This document shows positions 46,661 to 57,616 of a DNA stretch of 64,000 nucleotides, piece by piece. The notes beneath the pieces are model-generated. The model ran no database searches. It worked only from the letters and a program-made list of their open reading frames with translations, and was not told the DNA's origin. The stretch is from assembly GCA_965197525.1 (NCBI GenBank), contig OZ240211.1, forward strand, positions 928,001 through 992,000, in the 5' to 3' direction. The DNA is from Nitrosopumilus sp. GTDB taxonomy: Archaea; Thermoproteota; Nitrososphaeria; Nitrososphaerales; Nitrosopumilaceae. The number at the start of each line of letters is the position of its first letter. Positions within the stretch are counted from its first letter, which is position 1. Both the position numbers and the translations under genes were made by a program.

Positions 46661-47837
46661 AGATCAATTTATGGGAAATCTGTATCAAAGATTTCCAGTT
46701 ACAGTAGAGAAAGGAGTTGGCGCCCGTGTGTGGGATACCAATGGAAAAGAGTACATTGATTGTATGGGAGGTTACGGCGTGGCACTAGTAGGCCATAAAA
46801 ACCAAAAAGTTAATAACGCAATAACAGATCAAATAGACAAGATAATTACAGTACACAGTTCGTTATACAATAAAACAAGAGAGGAATTTTTAAAGACATT
46901 AATCGAGTTGGCGCCTGACGGCCTCACACAGGTACATCTAAACAATAGTGGTGCAGAAGCAGTCGAAGCTGCAATGAAGTTTGCAAGAAAGTTTACTGGT
47001 AAAAAGAAGATGATTGCAATGAAGGGATCATATCATGGAAAGTCGTTTGGTGCATTATCAGTAACATTCAGCCCAAAATATAGAAAGGCCTTTGAACCGC
47101 TAGTTCAGAGCGTCTCTTTTGTGTCTTTTGGAGATATCGAGGCATTACAACAGAGTATTGATGATGATACGGCATGTGTAATTTTAGAGCCAATACAAGG
47201 AGAGAGCGGAATCATCGTTGCACCCGATGGATTCTTACAAAAGGTAAGAAAAATTTGTGATGAGAGAAAGATAGTGCTAATATTTGACGAGATACAGGCA
47301 GGATTAGGAAGAACAGGACGATTATGGGCCTGTGATCACTGGAATACGGCACCGGACATCTTGTGTCTTGCAAAAGGAATTGCAGGAGGTGTACCCATGG
47401 GTGCAACACTGGTAAGACCAGATATACTAGCATCAATGAACAAAGGCGAGCACTCGTCAACGTTTGGAGGAAACCCTCTATCGTGTGCTGCAGCAACGGC
47501 TACACTAAAAACATTGACTGATGACGGACTAGTTGAGAACGCAAAAGCTATGGGAGACATATTCAGAGAGGGGCTAGAAAAGATAAAAGAAAAACACAGT
47601 ATAATAAGAGAAATTCGCGGCAAGGGACTGATGATAGGCATAGAGATGAAGTTTGAGATCAGAGACATTTTAATGGCATTAATAGACAGAGGTGTCTTAA
47701 TGCTATACTCTGGAAGAAACATACTGCGAATCCTCCCACCACTAGTAATATCAAAAGAAGACGTAGCAAAAGTTTTAGATATTCTTGATTCTGTAATAAC
47801 TGAAGAGGAGGAGGAGAAGAGAGATGTACAAAGATAA
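46647..47837 (+). CDS. argD: LysW-semialdehyde transaminase (ArgD/LysJ)
   Basis: NSGAEAVEAA, EPIQGESG, DEIQ.G.GRTG, AKGIAGG, STFGGNP. Confidence 0.93.
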   Translation: MNMSEDQFMGNLYQRFPVTVEKGVGARVWDTNGKEYIDCMGGYGVALVGHKNQKVNNAITDQIDKIITVHSSLYNKTREEFLKTLIELAPDGLTQVHLNNSGAEAVEAAMKFARKFTGKKKMIAMKGSYHGKSFGALSVTFSPKYRKAFEPLVQSVSFVSFGDIEALQQSIDDDTACVILEPIQGESGIIVAPDGFLQKVRKICDERKIVLIFDEIQAGLGRTGRLWACDHWNTAPDILCLAKGIAGGVPMGATLVRPDILASMNKGEHSSTFGGNPLSCAAATATLKTLTDDGLVENAKAMGDIFREGLEKIKEKHSIIREIRGKGLMIGIEMKFEIRDILMALIDRGVLMLYSGRNILRILPPLVISKEDVAKVLDILDSVITEEEEEKRDVQR

Positions 47838-48243
47838 AATTGACGAAAAGATCATAGAGCACCTAAAACAAGATTCCAGAGAATCATTTGTAGACATTGG
47901 CAAAAAACTCAAACTATCAGAGTCAGCAATCAGAAGACGTGTAAAAAACCTCACAGACAACAAGACCATAAAAAAATTCACAGTTGAGATTGGAGAAGAC
48001 AATTCGACCAGTGCCATCGTGTTGATCTCAGTAGATTCTGCAACAGATACTGCCAAAGTATCTGCAAAACTCTCTACCCTGCAGGGAATAAAGACAGTGT
48101 ACGAGATTACTGGGCAGTACGACATTACTACAATTATCAGCGCACCAAACATTGCAGAGATTAATGATTGTATTGACGCATTAAGAAAGATTACAGGTGT
48201 AGTGGACACAAACACTGTTATCATCTTGAGAAAAGTGTTGTAA
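47824..48243 (+). CDS. Lrp/AsnC regulator (LysM-like)
   Basis: D.KI...L..D.R, LS...IRRRV..L, ITGQYD. Confidence 0.9.
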   Translation: MYKDKIDEKIIEHLKQDSRESFVDIGKKLKLSESAIRRRVKNLTDNKTIKKFTVEIGEDNSTSAIVLISVDSATDTAKVSAKLSTLQGIKTVYEITGQYDITTIISAPNIAEINDCIDALRKITGVVDTNTVIILRKVL

Positions 48244-48323
48244 AAACGAATTTCGCAACATAATTTTAGTTTTTAGCGAAGATAGAAACAATGTATATTG
48301 TTTTTAACGAATAAAGTACGAAT

Positions 48324-49526
48324 ATGTTTATATTCCGAGTAATATTAACGATATTAGCAATGAAAGATCCGAATCATTATGCAGATATGTACAATACGTA
48401 CGACAATAGCTCAAAGAAGATAAGAGTTTTGGACAGTACGCTAAGGGAGGGTGAACAACATCCTGGTGTCTCATTTACAGTGAAACAACGAATCCAAATT
48501 GCGTGGATGTTAGATAATTTTGGAGTAGACCAGATTGAGATATCACCTGTGGTATCAGACGATCACAAGCAAGCAACAAAGACGATAATCAAACAGGGAT
48601 TTTCAGCAGACATTGTCTCTCACGGACGAGCATTAAAGCAAGATATCGATGTTTCACTTGACTGCGATGCAGAATGGTGTGCGGCATATTTAGGAATTTC
48701 AGACATACATCTGAAGGATAAACTACGAATCTCAAAAAAAGAGGCCCTAAACAGGGCAATAGAGACAGTAGAATACGCAAAGTCTCATGGCCTTAAGATC
48801 AGATTTACCGTAGAAGATGGAAGCAGGGCAGAACCAGAATTTCTAATCAAGGTCTGCAAGTCCATAGAAAGAGCAGGAGTGGACAGGATTAGTTTGCCTG
48901 ACACCGTTGGAATTTTACGCCCCGTAGGAATGTACAACTTTGTAAAGAAGATCAGAGATGTTGTAGATGTGCCTTTGGATGCGCACGTTCATAATGATAT
49001 AGGTTTTGCAGTAGCTAACGCGTTTGCGGCGTGTGATGCGGGAGTGGATCAGATTCATACTACTATTGATGGGATTGGAGAAAGAACAGGCATACCTGCA
49101 TTAGCCGAAGTAGCAGTTGCATTGACATATCTGTACAAGTCACCAAACGATTTTAGATTAGATATGCTGCAAGACTTGTCAAGATTAATTGAGATGTATA
49201 CAACGATTAAACCATATGACTCAAAACCCATTGTTGGAACAGCAGCGTACAAGCACAAAGCCGGCACACATCTTGCAGCAATACTCAGGAATCCGGCAGC
49301 ATATGAACCAATTCCTCCTAGAGCAGTGGGGAATAGAAGAAGAATAGTGTTCGGAGAGCTAGCAGGAAAGACAGGAGCAGGATATCTGATGTCAGTATTA
49401 GGATTAGAGAAGAATGAAAAAGAAGCAAAGGCAATTGCATCAGGCTTGAAGAATCTCAGAATAGGTGATGTTATGGAGATTCCACTAGATGACAGATTGG
49501 AGAAAAAGATAGCTAATGATAAATAA
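48324..49526 (+). CDS. Homocitrate synthase / LeuA-family (true start probably the ATG at 48360)
   Basis: DSTLREGEQ, LPDTVG, HVHND.G, GIGERTG, HKAGTH. Confidence 0.9.
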   Translation: MFIFRVILTILAMKDPNHYADMYNTYDNSSKKIRVLDSTLREGEQHPGVSFTVKQRIQIAWMLDNFGVDQIEISPVVSDDHKQATKTIIKQGFSADIVSHGRALKQDIDVSLDCDAEWCAAYLGISDIHLKDKLRISKKEALNRAIETVEYAKSHGLKIRFTVEDGSRAEPEFLIKVCKSIERAGVDRISLPDTVGILRPVGMYNFVKKIRDVVDVPLDAHVHNDIGFAVANAFAACDAGVDQIHTTIDGIGERTGIPALAEVAVALTYLYKSPNDFRLDMLQDLSRLIEMYTTIKPYDSKPIVGTAAYKHKAGTHLAAILRNPAAYEPIPPRAVGNRRRIVFGELAGKTGAGYLMSVLGLEKNEKEAKAIASGLKNLRIGDVMEIPLDDRLEKKIANDK

Positions 49527-49548
49527 AGAAGGATAACCGATAAGAGAT

Positions 49549-49716
49549 ATGTCAAAATGTGAAGAATGCGATGCAGATATTTCCATACCAAACGACGCAC
49601 TAGTAGGCGAGATTGTAACGTGTCCTGAATGTGGTTCGAGTTTTGAGCTGACAAAAGGTTCAGAGGGTTTTGATCTAAAGCCTACCGTCACAGTCGGTGA
49701 GGACTGGGGACAGTGA
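49549..49716 (+). CDS. lysW: Second LysW-family carrier ending EDWGQ (not in ORF track)
   Basis: Hand translation MSKCEECDADISIPNDALVGEIVTCPECG...VGEDWGQ. Confidence 0.9.
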   Translation: MSKCEECDADISIPNDALVGEIVTCPECGSSFELTKGSEGFDLKPTVTVGEDWGQ

Positions 49717-50564
49717 ACTCTGAGGTCACAATTCTTTATGATATCATCCGTTGGGAAGAAAAAGCTCTGCTAAAGGCAGCTGAGACAAAGAATGTTAATG
49801 TACAGATGATGGATTGTAAGAAATTGTCAATAGATTTGGATGGCACCTCCAATAATTCAGGGATAGTTGTACAGAGATGTGTAAGCTATTATAGAAACTT
49901 GCATTCTACTGCAGCGCTAGAAGGATTAGGGGTCAGAGTGATCAATCCTTTGAATACTGCAATTTATGCCGGAAATAAATTATTTACACATATGTTGCTA
50001 AGGAAGTTTGATGTGCCAACACCGGATGCAACAGTCGCGTTTTCAAAAGATTCAGCATTAGAGATGTTAGATGCACAAGGGTATCCAAGAGTGATAAAGC
50101 CCACAGTTGGTAGTTGGGGCAGAATGATCTCAAAGCTAAATACAAAAGAGACTGCAGAGGGAATTATCGAGAGCAGGGAGAAGATGTATCCTATATATCA
50201 AGTTCATTATCTAGAAGAGTTTGTAAAGAGACCTCCAAGGGACATCAGAGTAATCATGGTAGGAGATGAGGCAGTTGCGGCAATTTATCGCAGCTCAAAG
50301 GGAGGAAACTGGAAGACGAACATGGCATTAGATGGTGTTGCAACACCTTGTAAAGTTACACAAGAGATGGAAGAGATATGTATAAAAGCAAAACAGGCAG
50401 TAAAAGGGGATATTGTAGGAATAGACCTAATGGAGAGTGAAGATAAGGGATTGGTGGTACACGAAGTAAACAATACAACAGAATACAAGAACACAGTAAA
50501 AGTATGTCAAGTTGATATTCCGTCACTGATTATAGACTATGCATTATCAAAGGTAGCAAAATAA
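49713..50564 (+). CDS. lysX: Alpha-aminoadipate--LysW ligase
   Basis: GNKL.T, KPTVGSWGR, RPPRDIR, WKTN.ALDG, EVN.T.EYK. Confidence 0.9.
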   Translation: MNSEVTILYDIIRWEEKALLKAAETKNVNVQMMDCKKLSIDLDGTSNNSGIVVQRCVSYYRNLHSTAALEGLGVRVINPLNTAIYAGNKLFTHMLLRKFDVPTPDATVAFSKDSALEMLDAQGYPRVIKPTVGSWGRMISKLNTKETAEGIIESREKMYPIYQVHYLEEFVKRPPRDIRVIMVGDEAVAAIYRSSKGGNWKTNMALDGVATPCKVTQEMEEICIKAKQAVKGDIVGIDLMESEDKGLVVHEVNNTTEYKNTVKVCQVDIPSLIIDYALSKVAK

Positions 50565-50566
50565 AA

Positions 50567-51694
50567 TTGGACACTAATTATACGGTAACACCAAGATTTG
50601 CAGTTAAAATGTTAGAAAAAGCATTAAGATTGTACACCCCATCAATGGATGAAAAACCAATGGCAGAATTTTTAGCAGACAAGTGCGATGACTTGGGATT
50701 TGAGGATATTCAAATTGACGAGGTAGGTAATCTGATAGCAAAGAAGGGTTCTGGCGCACCAAAGGTTATGTTGTGTGGACATATGGACGTAGTTCCAGGT
50801 AAGATCAAAGTCAGGAAAGAAGGAGATGCGTTGTACGGGCGCGGAGCATCAGATGCAAAAGCCCCATTAATGGCAATGTTGTTTGCAGCAGCATCAATTG
50901 GCAAGAATGAAGGAACGGTGATTTTTGTGGGTGCAGTAGACGAAGAAGGAAATGCCACGGGAATAAAAAATCTCGTAAAAAAAGATATGGATGTAGATTA
51001 TGCAGTATTTGGAGAGCCAAGTGGAATTAAACAGGTTACAATCGCATACAAAGGTAGATTAGCAATCAATTTAAAAATTAATTTAGACAATAGCTCTCAT
51101 GCAAGTGCGCCATGGCTCTCAAAGAACGCAATCGAGGAGTCGTTGATCTTTGCAAAGGAGCTAAAAGACAGACTAGAGACAGGTCAAGAGGACAAGACTA
51201 AAGGAATGCTGTTAACTGTAACGATGACTGAGATCAAAGGAGGGGCAAGCCACAATATAACTCCAAAAGAGTGCGAGACAACATTTGATATCAGAATTCC
51301 AGTAGATATGAACTGCAAGACAGTTGAACAAAATATCTCAACAATCGTAAAAGAGACATCACAGAAGAGGGACGTAGAGGCGTTTTATTCAATTCTTGAT
51401 GAGACTGAACCATTTGAGGCACCACATAAATCATCAATCGTGCGAGCATTTACGTTAGGGATCATGGATGTAGAGGGGGAAAGACCAACGTTGATTAGAA
51501 AGACAGGTACAGGAGACATGAACGTATTGGGTAATCAATGGGAGATTCCGGTAGTTACATACGGTCCGGGTGACCCACATGAGGCACACACAATTGATGA
51601 AAAGGTATCAATAGAGGAGTACCTCAAAGGAATCGAGATTCACAAAAAGGCACTACAGCATTTAAAAAGACTACATGATAAAAAGATAAAGTAA
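50567..51694 (+). CDS. lysK: LysW-lysine/ornithine hydrolase (M20)
   Basis: GHMDVVPG, GRGASDAK, DEE, GTGDMN, YGPGD..AHT.DE. Confidence 0.92.
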   Translation: MDTNYTVTPRFAVKMLEKALRLYTPSMDEKPMAEFLADKCDDLGFEDIQIDEVGNLIAKKGSGAPKVMLCGHMDVVPGKIKVRKEGDALYGRGASDAKAPLMAMLFAAASIGKNEGTVIFVGAVDEEGNATGIKNLVKKDMDVDYAVFGEPSGIKQVTIAYKGRLAINLKINLDNSSHASAPWLSKNAIEESLIFAKELKDRLETGQEDKTKGMLLTVTMTEIKGGASHNITPKECETTFDIRIPVDMNCKTVEQNISTIVKETSQKRDVEAFYSILDETEPFEAPHKSSIVRAFTLGIMDVEGERPTLIRKTGTGDMNVLGNQWEIPVVTYGPGDPHEAHTIDEKVSIEEYLKGIEIHKKALQHLKRLHDKKIK

Positions 51695-52731
51695 TGCTGT
51701 GGTTTGTAGGATTAGGGATATCAGGATTCAAGTCTCTCCCTAATGAGGCACTAGACGTGCTATTACATGCAGACAAAGTATACCTAGAGGAATTTACAAG
51801 CCCTATTGCAAGGTCAGATCTTGAGAAGATCAAAGGTATGATACGCGGAGAGTTTGTACTTGCAAAGAGATGGCAGGTAGAGGACGGATCTCAGATTTTA
51901 GAAGATGCAAAAGACAATAGAGTGGTGTTGCTAGCTTATGGTGACCCATACATTGCAACAACGCATGTCGAATTAAGAGTCAGGGCAACAGAACAGGGCA
52001 TAAAGACGCATTCCATTCACGCATCATCGTCTCTTACCTCTATGATTGGGGAATGCGGCCTGCATTTTTACAAGATAGGAAGAGTCGCTACAATAATGAG
52101 TGATGCAAAATCGCTTACAACACCATACTATGTAATCTATAAAAACATCATAGAAGGTAATCATACCGTATTGTTATTAGAGTACGATCAAGCCAATGAT
52201 TTCTTTTTAGATCCAAAAGAGGCGTTTGACGGACTGCTAAAGACAGAGGATGGTCAGAACAGACATGTAGTTAGTGGATCAACGTTTGGTATAGTTGCAT
52301 CAAGGATTGGCTTTGATGACCAAGAGATTGTCGCAGGCAGCATAACAAGTCTAAAAGAGAGGGATTTTGGTAGACCGCCGCACACAATAATCATTCCTGG
52401 CAGGTTACACTTTACAGAGTCAGACGCTTTGAAGATATTTTGCCAATGCATTGATGAACCAACAAACAATACTGAAAATACACCCAAGATATCTACCCAG
52501 ATGATAAAAAAATACGTGCCAATGGTAAGAGAGGCGTTAGAGGAGGTAAAGCCGTTGTATGATGGTCAAAAAGAGTTCCAGATAATTTTAGAGAATGCTG
52601 AACTGTACGTTGCAGATGCTGAAAAATTTCTACAAGACGATCAAGGGGAGGTGGCAGTACTGAGTATAGGATATGCTGACGGTCTAGTTGATGCATTAAG
52701 ACTAGCAAAAGGTTTGGAACCCAAGATGTAG
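51694..52731 (+). CDS. dph5: Diphthine synthase with C-terminal DUF357-like extension
   Basis: FVGLG, VYLE.FTS, GDP.IATTH.EL, HT..LL; tail A.LYV.DA..F...G....A...GYADG..DA. Confidence 0.9.
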   Translation: MLWFVGLGISGFKSLPNEALDVLLHADKVYLEEFTSPIARSDLEKIKGMIRGEFVLAKRWQVEDGSQILEDAKDNRVVLLAYGDPYIATTHVELRVRATEQGIKTHSIHASSSLTSMIGECGLHFYKIGRVATIMSDAKSLTTPYYVIYKNIIEGNHTVLLLEYDQANDFFLDPKEAFDGLLKTEDGQNRHVVSGSTFGIVASRIGFDDQEIVAGSITSLKERDFGRPPHTIIIPGRLHFTESDALKIFCQCIDEPTNNTENTPKISTQMIKKYVPMVREALEEVKPLYDGQKEFQIILENAELYVADAEKFLQDDQGEVAVLSIGYADGLVDALRLAKGLEPKM

Positions 52732-53255
52732 TTTGGGAATAGTAAGGTAAAGGGAATTTTTGAGAATTATGTATGAATTGATGGAATTGGTCCTGACTGT
52801 CAGATATTTGGCTAATTGGGTAAAAAGATGATCCTCAAGACGATAAACCATGTAAAACTCGTCTTCAAGCACCTAATATAACAAAAAAATACCCATAACC
52901 AGCCAAGCGAAATGTACTCCAAATCTGACATCAGGTAGGCGGTTTGGGCTCGCGCATCAGATGTGATTCCACCTGTATCTTAAATGTAAGCATGGTCATG
53001 CTCTGTCGGATAACCCTGCCTAAAATTTCCCAAAACTAGTTGTATGAACAAAATTTGAACTATAACATCACAAAATATGTTCGACGGTCTCAAATAGTAG
53101 GCGTACCCACCCACCTCTAACGTGCATGAAAAAGATGGCAGGCAAACCCAATAACAAAACAGCAACCAGGTTTATCATCTTTCGTAATGCTAATAGAATC
53201 TCACATAGGAGGCTGTATAGCAACGTGCATAAGTTTCTGTACATGACATTTTAGG

Positions 53256-53364
53256 ACTATCAATATGCATAATGCCTATTGTCTGTGGAATAATACCTCA
53301 TATATTCAATCAGACCGGAGATGATCAACTATCAATATGCATAATGCCTATTGTCTGTGGAATA
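53256..53364 (+). repeat. Two 37-bp perfect direct repeats separated by 35 bp, inside the IS630 end
   Basis: ACTATCAATATGCATAATGCCTATTGTCTGTGGAATA at 53256 and 53328. Confidence 0.9.
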
Positions 53365-53489
53365 TACCAAAAACACAAAGTAAAATGCATAGAAAATTAA
53401 AATTCGGATTAATGTGTGGCTATACGTATCACATTGGAAAAAAATACAGGCATCGACATGACACACACAAAAGATCAAACTTCGTACAA

Positions 53490-54581
53490 TCATTGTTTTT
53501 GTGCATGTTTAGACGATACCTGATGTGATACAATGTCCGGATTTGGTGGACCTTCAATCTTTATGAATGGCCGCATGACTCCCTTGGGCGGTTTTCTCTT
53601 CTGGAATTTCTTAAAATCATAATCAAACTTGTGTACTCGGATAAACTCATACACTGCTGCCAGATGTGTATCCTTGTCTGCATAACGTATGGAGTGATTC
53701 ATTGCGCGTTTGAGCACGCTCCATACCTCCTCTACGGGATTCAGATACGGATGTCCGGTAGGATACCACAGGACAACAATGTCGCGATCTGCAAAGAATT
53801 CTTCTGCATCTTTGGATGTATGCCACGGTGCCTTGTCTAGTATCAGGACCATCTTGCCTACCTCCCTGTACACCTTGTCCATATGTTCTAGAAAGGAGAC
53901 GGTGTTGACAGTCTGACAGTGATTAAAAAACTGTCTGCCGTCTTGTGTCATGCTGCATATCATTGAGAATCTATGAAATCCTCCACTCCATAACATGAAT
54001 ATGCGTAGGCATGTTTTTGCCCAATATTTTGCAGACATTACAGCGTCCTTGAAGTGTGATTCATCCTGGGTTACAATTGTATATCCCATCTTTGTGTACC
54101 TTGCAATCTTTTGATACAGGCTGTTCCTCCATTTGTTCACCTCTTCTATTGGTGCTCTATTAACCATGACTGGCTGTGTCTTTTTTCTAGAGTATCCCCA
54201 TTGTATGGTATATCGCCTTATCTGCGACATGCTAAGGCTTTCTCCAGACATCTCTTCTAGTTTGTCGTGCAGTTCTACTAGTGTAAATGCGCGTCCCTTG
54301 CACCAACGCCTTGCCTTGTTTAGAATTTTTCTGTCTATTTTTGGTGGACATCCTGACCGTGGTTTGTCTGAGAGGGCCTGTCGTACCCCCTGAAATGATT
54401 TTGTAGCACATGCAAACCTGCAATACCACAGGGCAACAGTACGACGATCACAATAAGATATTTTGGCAGTATTGGCAAATGTTTTGATTACCATAAATTC
54501 CAACAGCATGGATAACCGACGTGATATACAGCCTACATGCTCTACTTTTTGCACTTGTTTTAGCATTTTACGTTCGTGCAT
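53490..54581 (-). CDS. IS630-family transposase, single intact ORF
   Basis: HTH with PRSGCPPK; QDESHF, LDKAPWH, P.LNPVEEVW. Confidence 0.9.
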   Translation of the reverse strand: MHERKMLKQVQKVEHVGCISRRLSMLLEFMVIKTFANTAKISYCDRRTVALWYCRFACATKSFQGVRQALSDKPRSGCPPKIDRKILNKARRWCKGRAFTLVELHDKLEEMSGESLSMSQIRRYTIQWGYSRKKTQPVMVNRAPIEEVNKWRNSLYQKIARYTKMGYTIVTQDESHFKDAVMSAKYWAKTCLRIFMLWSGGFHRFSMICSMTQDGRQFFNHCQTVNTVSFLEHMDKVYREVGKMVLILDKAPWHTSKDAEEFFADRDIVVLWYPTGHPYLNPVEEVWSVLKRAMNHSIRYADKDTHLAAVYEFIRVHKFDYDFKKFQKRKPPKGVMRPFIKIEGPPNPDIVSHQVSSKHAQKQ

Positions 54582-55261
54582 ATGTACATTTAAAGAAACG
54601 CGTTTTTGACTTTTCCTATTGGGTTAGTAACCGTACGGTTAAATTGACGTTCGTGTGTAATGCTGAGCTAGTCCAAGTCTACAAATTTGTGTAAAAAAAA
54701 ATACGTTGTAGGTATACAGATGCTGTTCGGAATGCAGGAGGCGGTGATTTACACATGATGTGATGGTCAAGGGACGACGATGTCCAGAAATTAGCTGTAC
54801 AGAAACTTATTCACATTGCTATATATGCGTGGGTTGTTTATCATATTGCGGCTCTGTTTGGTTTTTTGTCTCGACAACAAAAATCATCAGGCCGTATCCT
54901 TGTTGATCTGTTTGGATTTTTTTGTCGTATCTGGTCTAAATCAGAGTACATTTCGCTTAGCGGTAGCTGTGTGTATACACACTTGAAACCAGACAATCTT
55001 TAAAAAGATCTCACATAGATACTTTTAGGACAATACAATCTACAATACACAATCTACTGGAATACACAATCTTTTTAAATAGCCCTAAGGGAGTATTATG
55101 TGATAATGGTGAAAATATGATATGAATATATTAAGAATTCATCATATGATGACAGTCATGGCCATTGTGGTAGTGACTGCATCTTTGTTACTTTTCCAGT
55201 ACTATGATGTCAGTTTTGCGTCTGCCTATATGACTGACCCTGTGATCACGATAACTGACAG

Positions 55262-55273
55262 CCCCCCCCCCCC
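55262..55273 (+). repeat. Poly-C(12) tract in the 5' coding region
   Basis: acag-cccccccccccc-acct, encoding SPPPPP. Confidence 0.95.
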
Positions 55274-56921
55274 ACCTGTAACGGTAACTACCTCAGAGAT
55301 ACAGCAGTCGGCAGCCAGTTTTCTGAACCGTGAGTACGGGCGAATCGACGTACTCAACCCGCAGTCCTATCCTGTAGTGGGCGGGGAGTGGACGATAAAC
55401 TTTAGGACATACGGTACCCATAACCTAACAATCTCTGTAATAAACGGCACCACGTTTGGGGACTCTTCTCCTGACGACGTGGGGTTTGTGGGGGTATTGT
55501 GCGGCAACGACTCCATACTGGATGCTACAGCACATGATGGGATCATTACGTTTGAGGACTATCAGTGCGACGGCATCGCAAGCCTCGTGCTATCGGTTCA
55601 CACCCCTGGCATACACGACATACATCTAAGCTTTGGTGTGGGTACTGCGTACGCATCAAACAACGCGTATCCAAACTCCGTAGTGGAGATAAACGACTCC
55701 ACTACAAACGGTCCCACGCTATCAAACAATGACCGTTTCGGCGTCTCCGTTACTCCCATAGGCGACCTTGACGGCGACGGGGTGACAGACCTTGCAGTTG
55801 GTGCTTATCGAGACGACGGCGGCGGACTAGACCGCGGCGCCGTACACATAATGTTTATGAATACTGACGGCACGGTAACAGCACAGTAGAGATAAACGAC
55901 TCCACTGCAAACGGTCCCACGCTATTAAGCAATGACTATTTCGGCATCTCCGTTGCTTCCATAGGCGACCTTGACGGCGACGGGGTGACAGACCTTGCAG
56001 TTGGTGCTTATGGAGATGACAACCGCGGATCAAGCCGCGGCGCAGTACACATAATGTTTATGAATACAAACGGTACGGTAAACAACACAGTAGAGATAAA
56101 CGACTCCACTACAAACGGTCCCAGGCTATCAAACAGTGACTATTTCGGCTTCTCCGTTGCTTCCATAGGCGACCTTGACGGCGACGGGGTGACAGACCTT
56201 GCAGTTGGCGCTTATCAAGACGACGGCGGCGGATCAAACCGCGGCGCAGTACACATAATGTTTATGAATGCAAACGGCACGGTAACAGCACAGTAGAGAT
56301 AAACGACTCCACTGCAAACGGTCCCACGATATCAAGCTTTGACAATTTCGGCATCTCCGTTGCTGCCATAGGCGACCTTGACGGCGACGGGGTGACAGAC
56401 CTTGCAGTTGGTGCTTATCGAGATGACGACGGCGGATCAGACCGCGGCGCAGTACACATAATGTTTATGAATATGGACGGTACGGTAGACAGCACAGTAG
56501 AGATAAACGACTCCACTACAAACGGTCCCACGCTATCAAACAATGACCGTTTCGGCGCCTCCGTTACTCCCATAGGCGACCTTGACGGCGACGGGGTGAC
56601 AGACCTTGCAGTTGGTGCTGCTCAAGATGACGACGGCGGATCAAACCGCGGCGCCGTACACATAATGTTTATGAATACAAACGGTACGGTAAACAGCACA
56701 GTAGAGATAAACGACTCCACTACAAACGGTCCCACGCTATCAAACAGTGACTTTTTCGGCGTCTCCGTTGCTTCCATAGGCGACCTTGACGGCGACGGGG
56801 TGACAGACCTTGCAGTTGGCGCTTATCGAGACGACGACGGCGGACCAGACCGCGGCGCCATCAATGTCATATATCTTGACAAGGAAGTAGAGCAAAACAA
56901 AGATATTGATCCCACCGCCCC

Positions 56922-57616
56922 CACGGTAACAGACACCACTCCGCCCCGCGTTGCCTCCATACTGCGTGGTACCCCTCTAGCTCAATCCACAACTGATACC
57001 ACCTTGGTGTTTGCTGTCACGTTTGATGAACCAGTAACCAATGTGGATGATGCCGATTTTACAGTAACGGGCTCCGGTACAGGTACAATATCTAATGTAT
57101 CAGGTTCCGGTACATCATACCGAGTAACAGTCACAGTAGATAATGTTGGAACCATAGGATTGGATATCGCACAAAACCACGACATACAGGATACTGCAAC
57201 CAACCGTTTGGCCAACCTGACACCTACCGGCTCTGATCAGACCTACACAGTCACGGTAACAGACACCACTCCGCCCCGCGTTGCCTCCATACTGCGTGGT
57301 ACCCCTCTAGCTCAATCCACAACTGATACCACCTTGGTGTTTGCTGTCACGTTTGATGAACCAGTAACCAATGTGGATGATGCCGATTTTACAGTAACGG
57401 GCTCCGGTACAGGTACAATATCTAATGTATCAGGTTCCGGTACATCATACCGAGTAACAGTCACAGTAGATAATGTTGGAACCATAGGATTGGATATCGC
57501 ACAAAACCACGACATACAGGATACTGCAACCAACCGTTTGGCCAACCTGACACCTACCGGCTCTGATCAGACCTACATAGTCACGGTAACAGACACCACT
57601 CCGCCCCGCGTTGCCT
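56922..57616 (+). repeat. 330-bp tandem duplication (Ig-like domain) plus partial third copy
   Basis: cacggtaacagacaccactccgcc at 56922, 57252, 57582. Confidence 0.95.

Larger units (their letters stand above)
53218..54821 (-). mobile_element. IS630-family element, distinct from copies 1 and 2
   Basis: TATAGCAACGTGCATAAGTTTCTGTACA (53216-53243) vs rc of 54796-54823, 26/28 including flanking TA. Confidence 0.8.

Noticed and set aside
52933-52943. AGGTAGGCGGT shared with 63931-63941
   Set aside because: An 11-mer match is expected many times by chance at this window size.
53256-53364. Bona fide CRISPR array
   Set aside because: Only two repeats, no cas genes or leader, and located inside an IS end. 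Kept only as a low-score finding.
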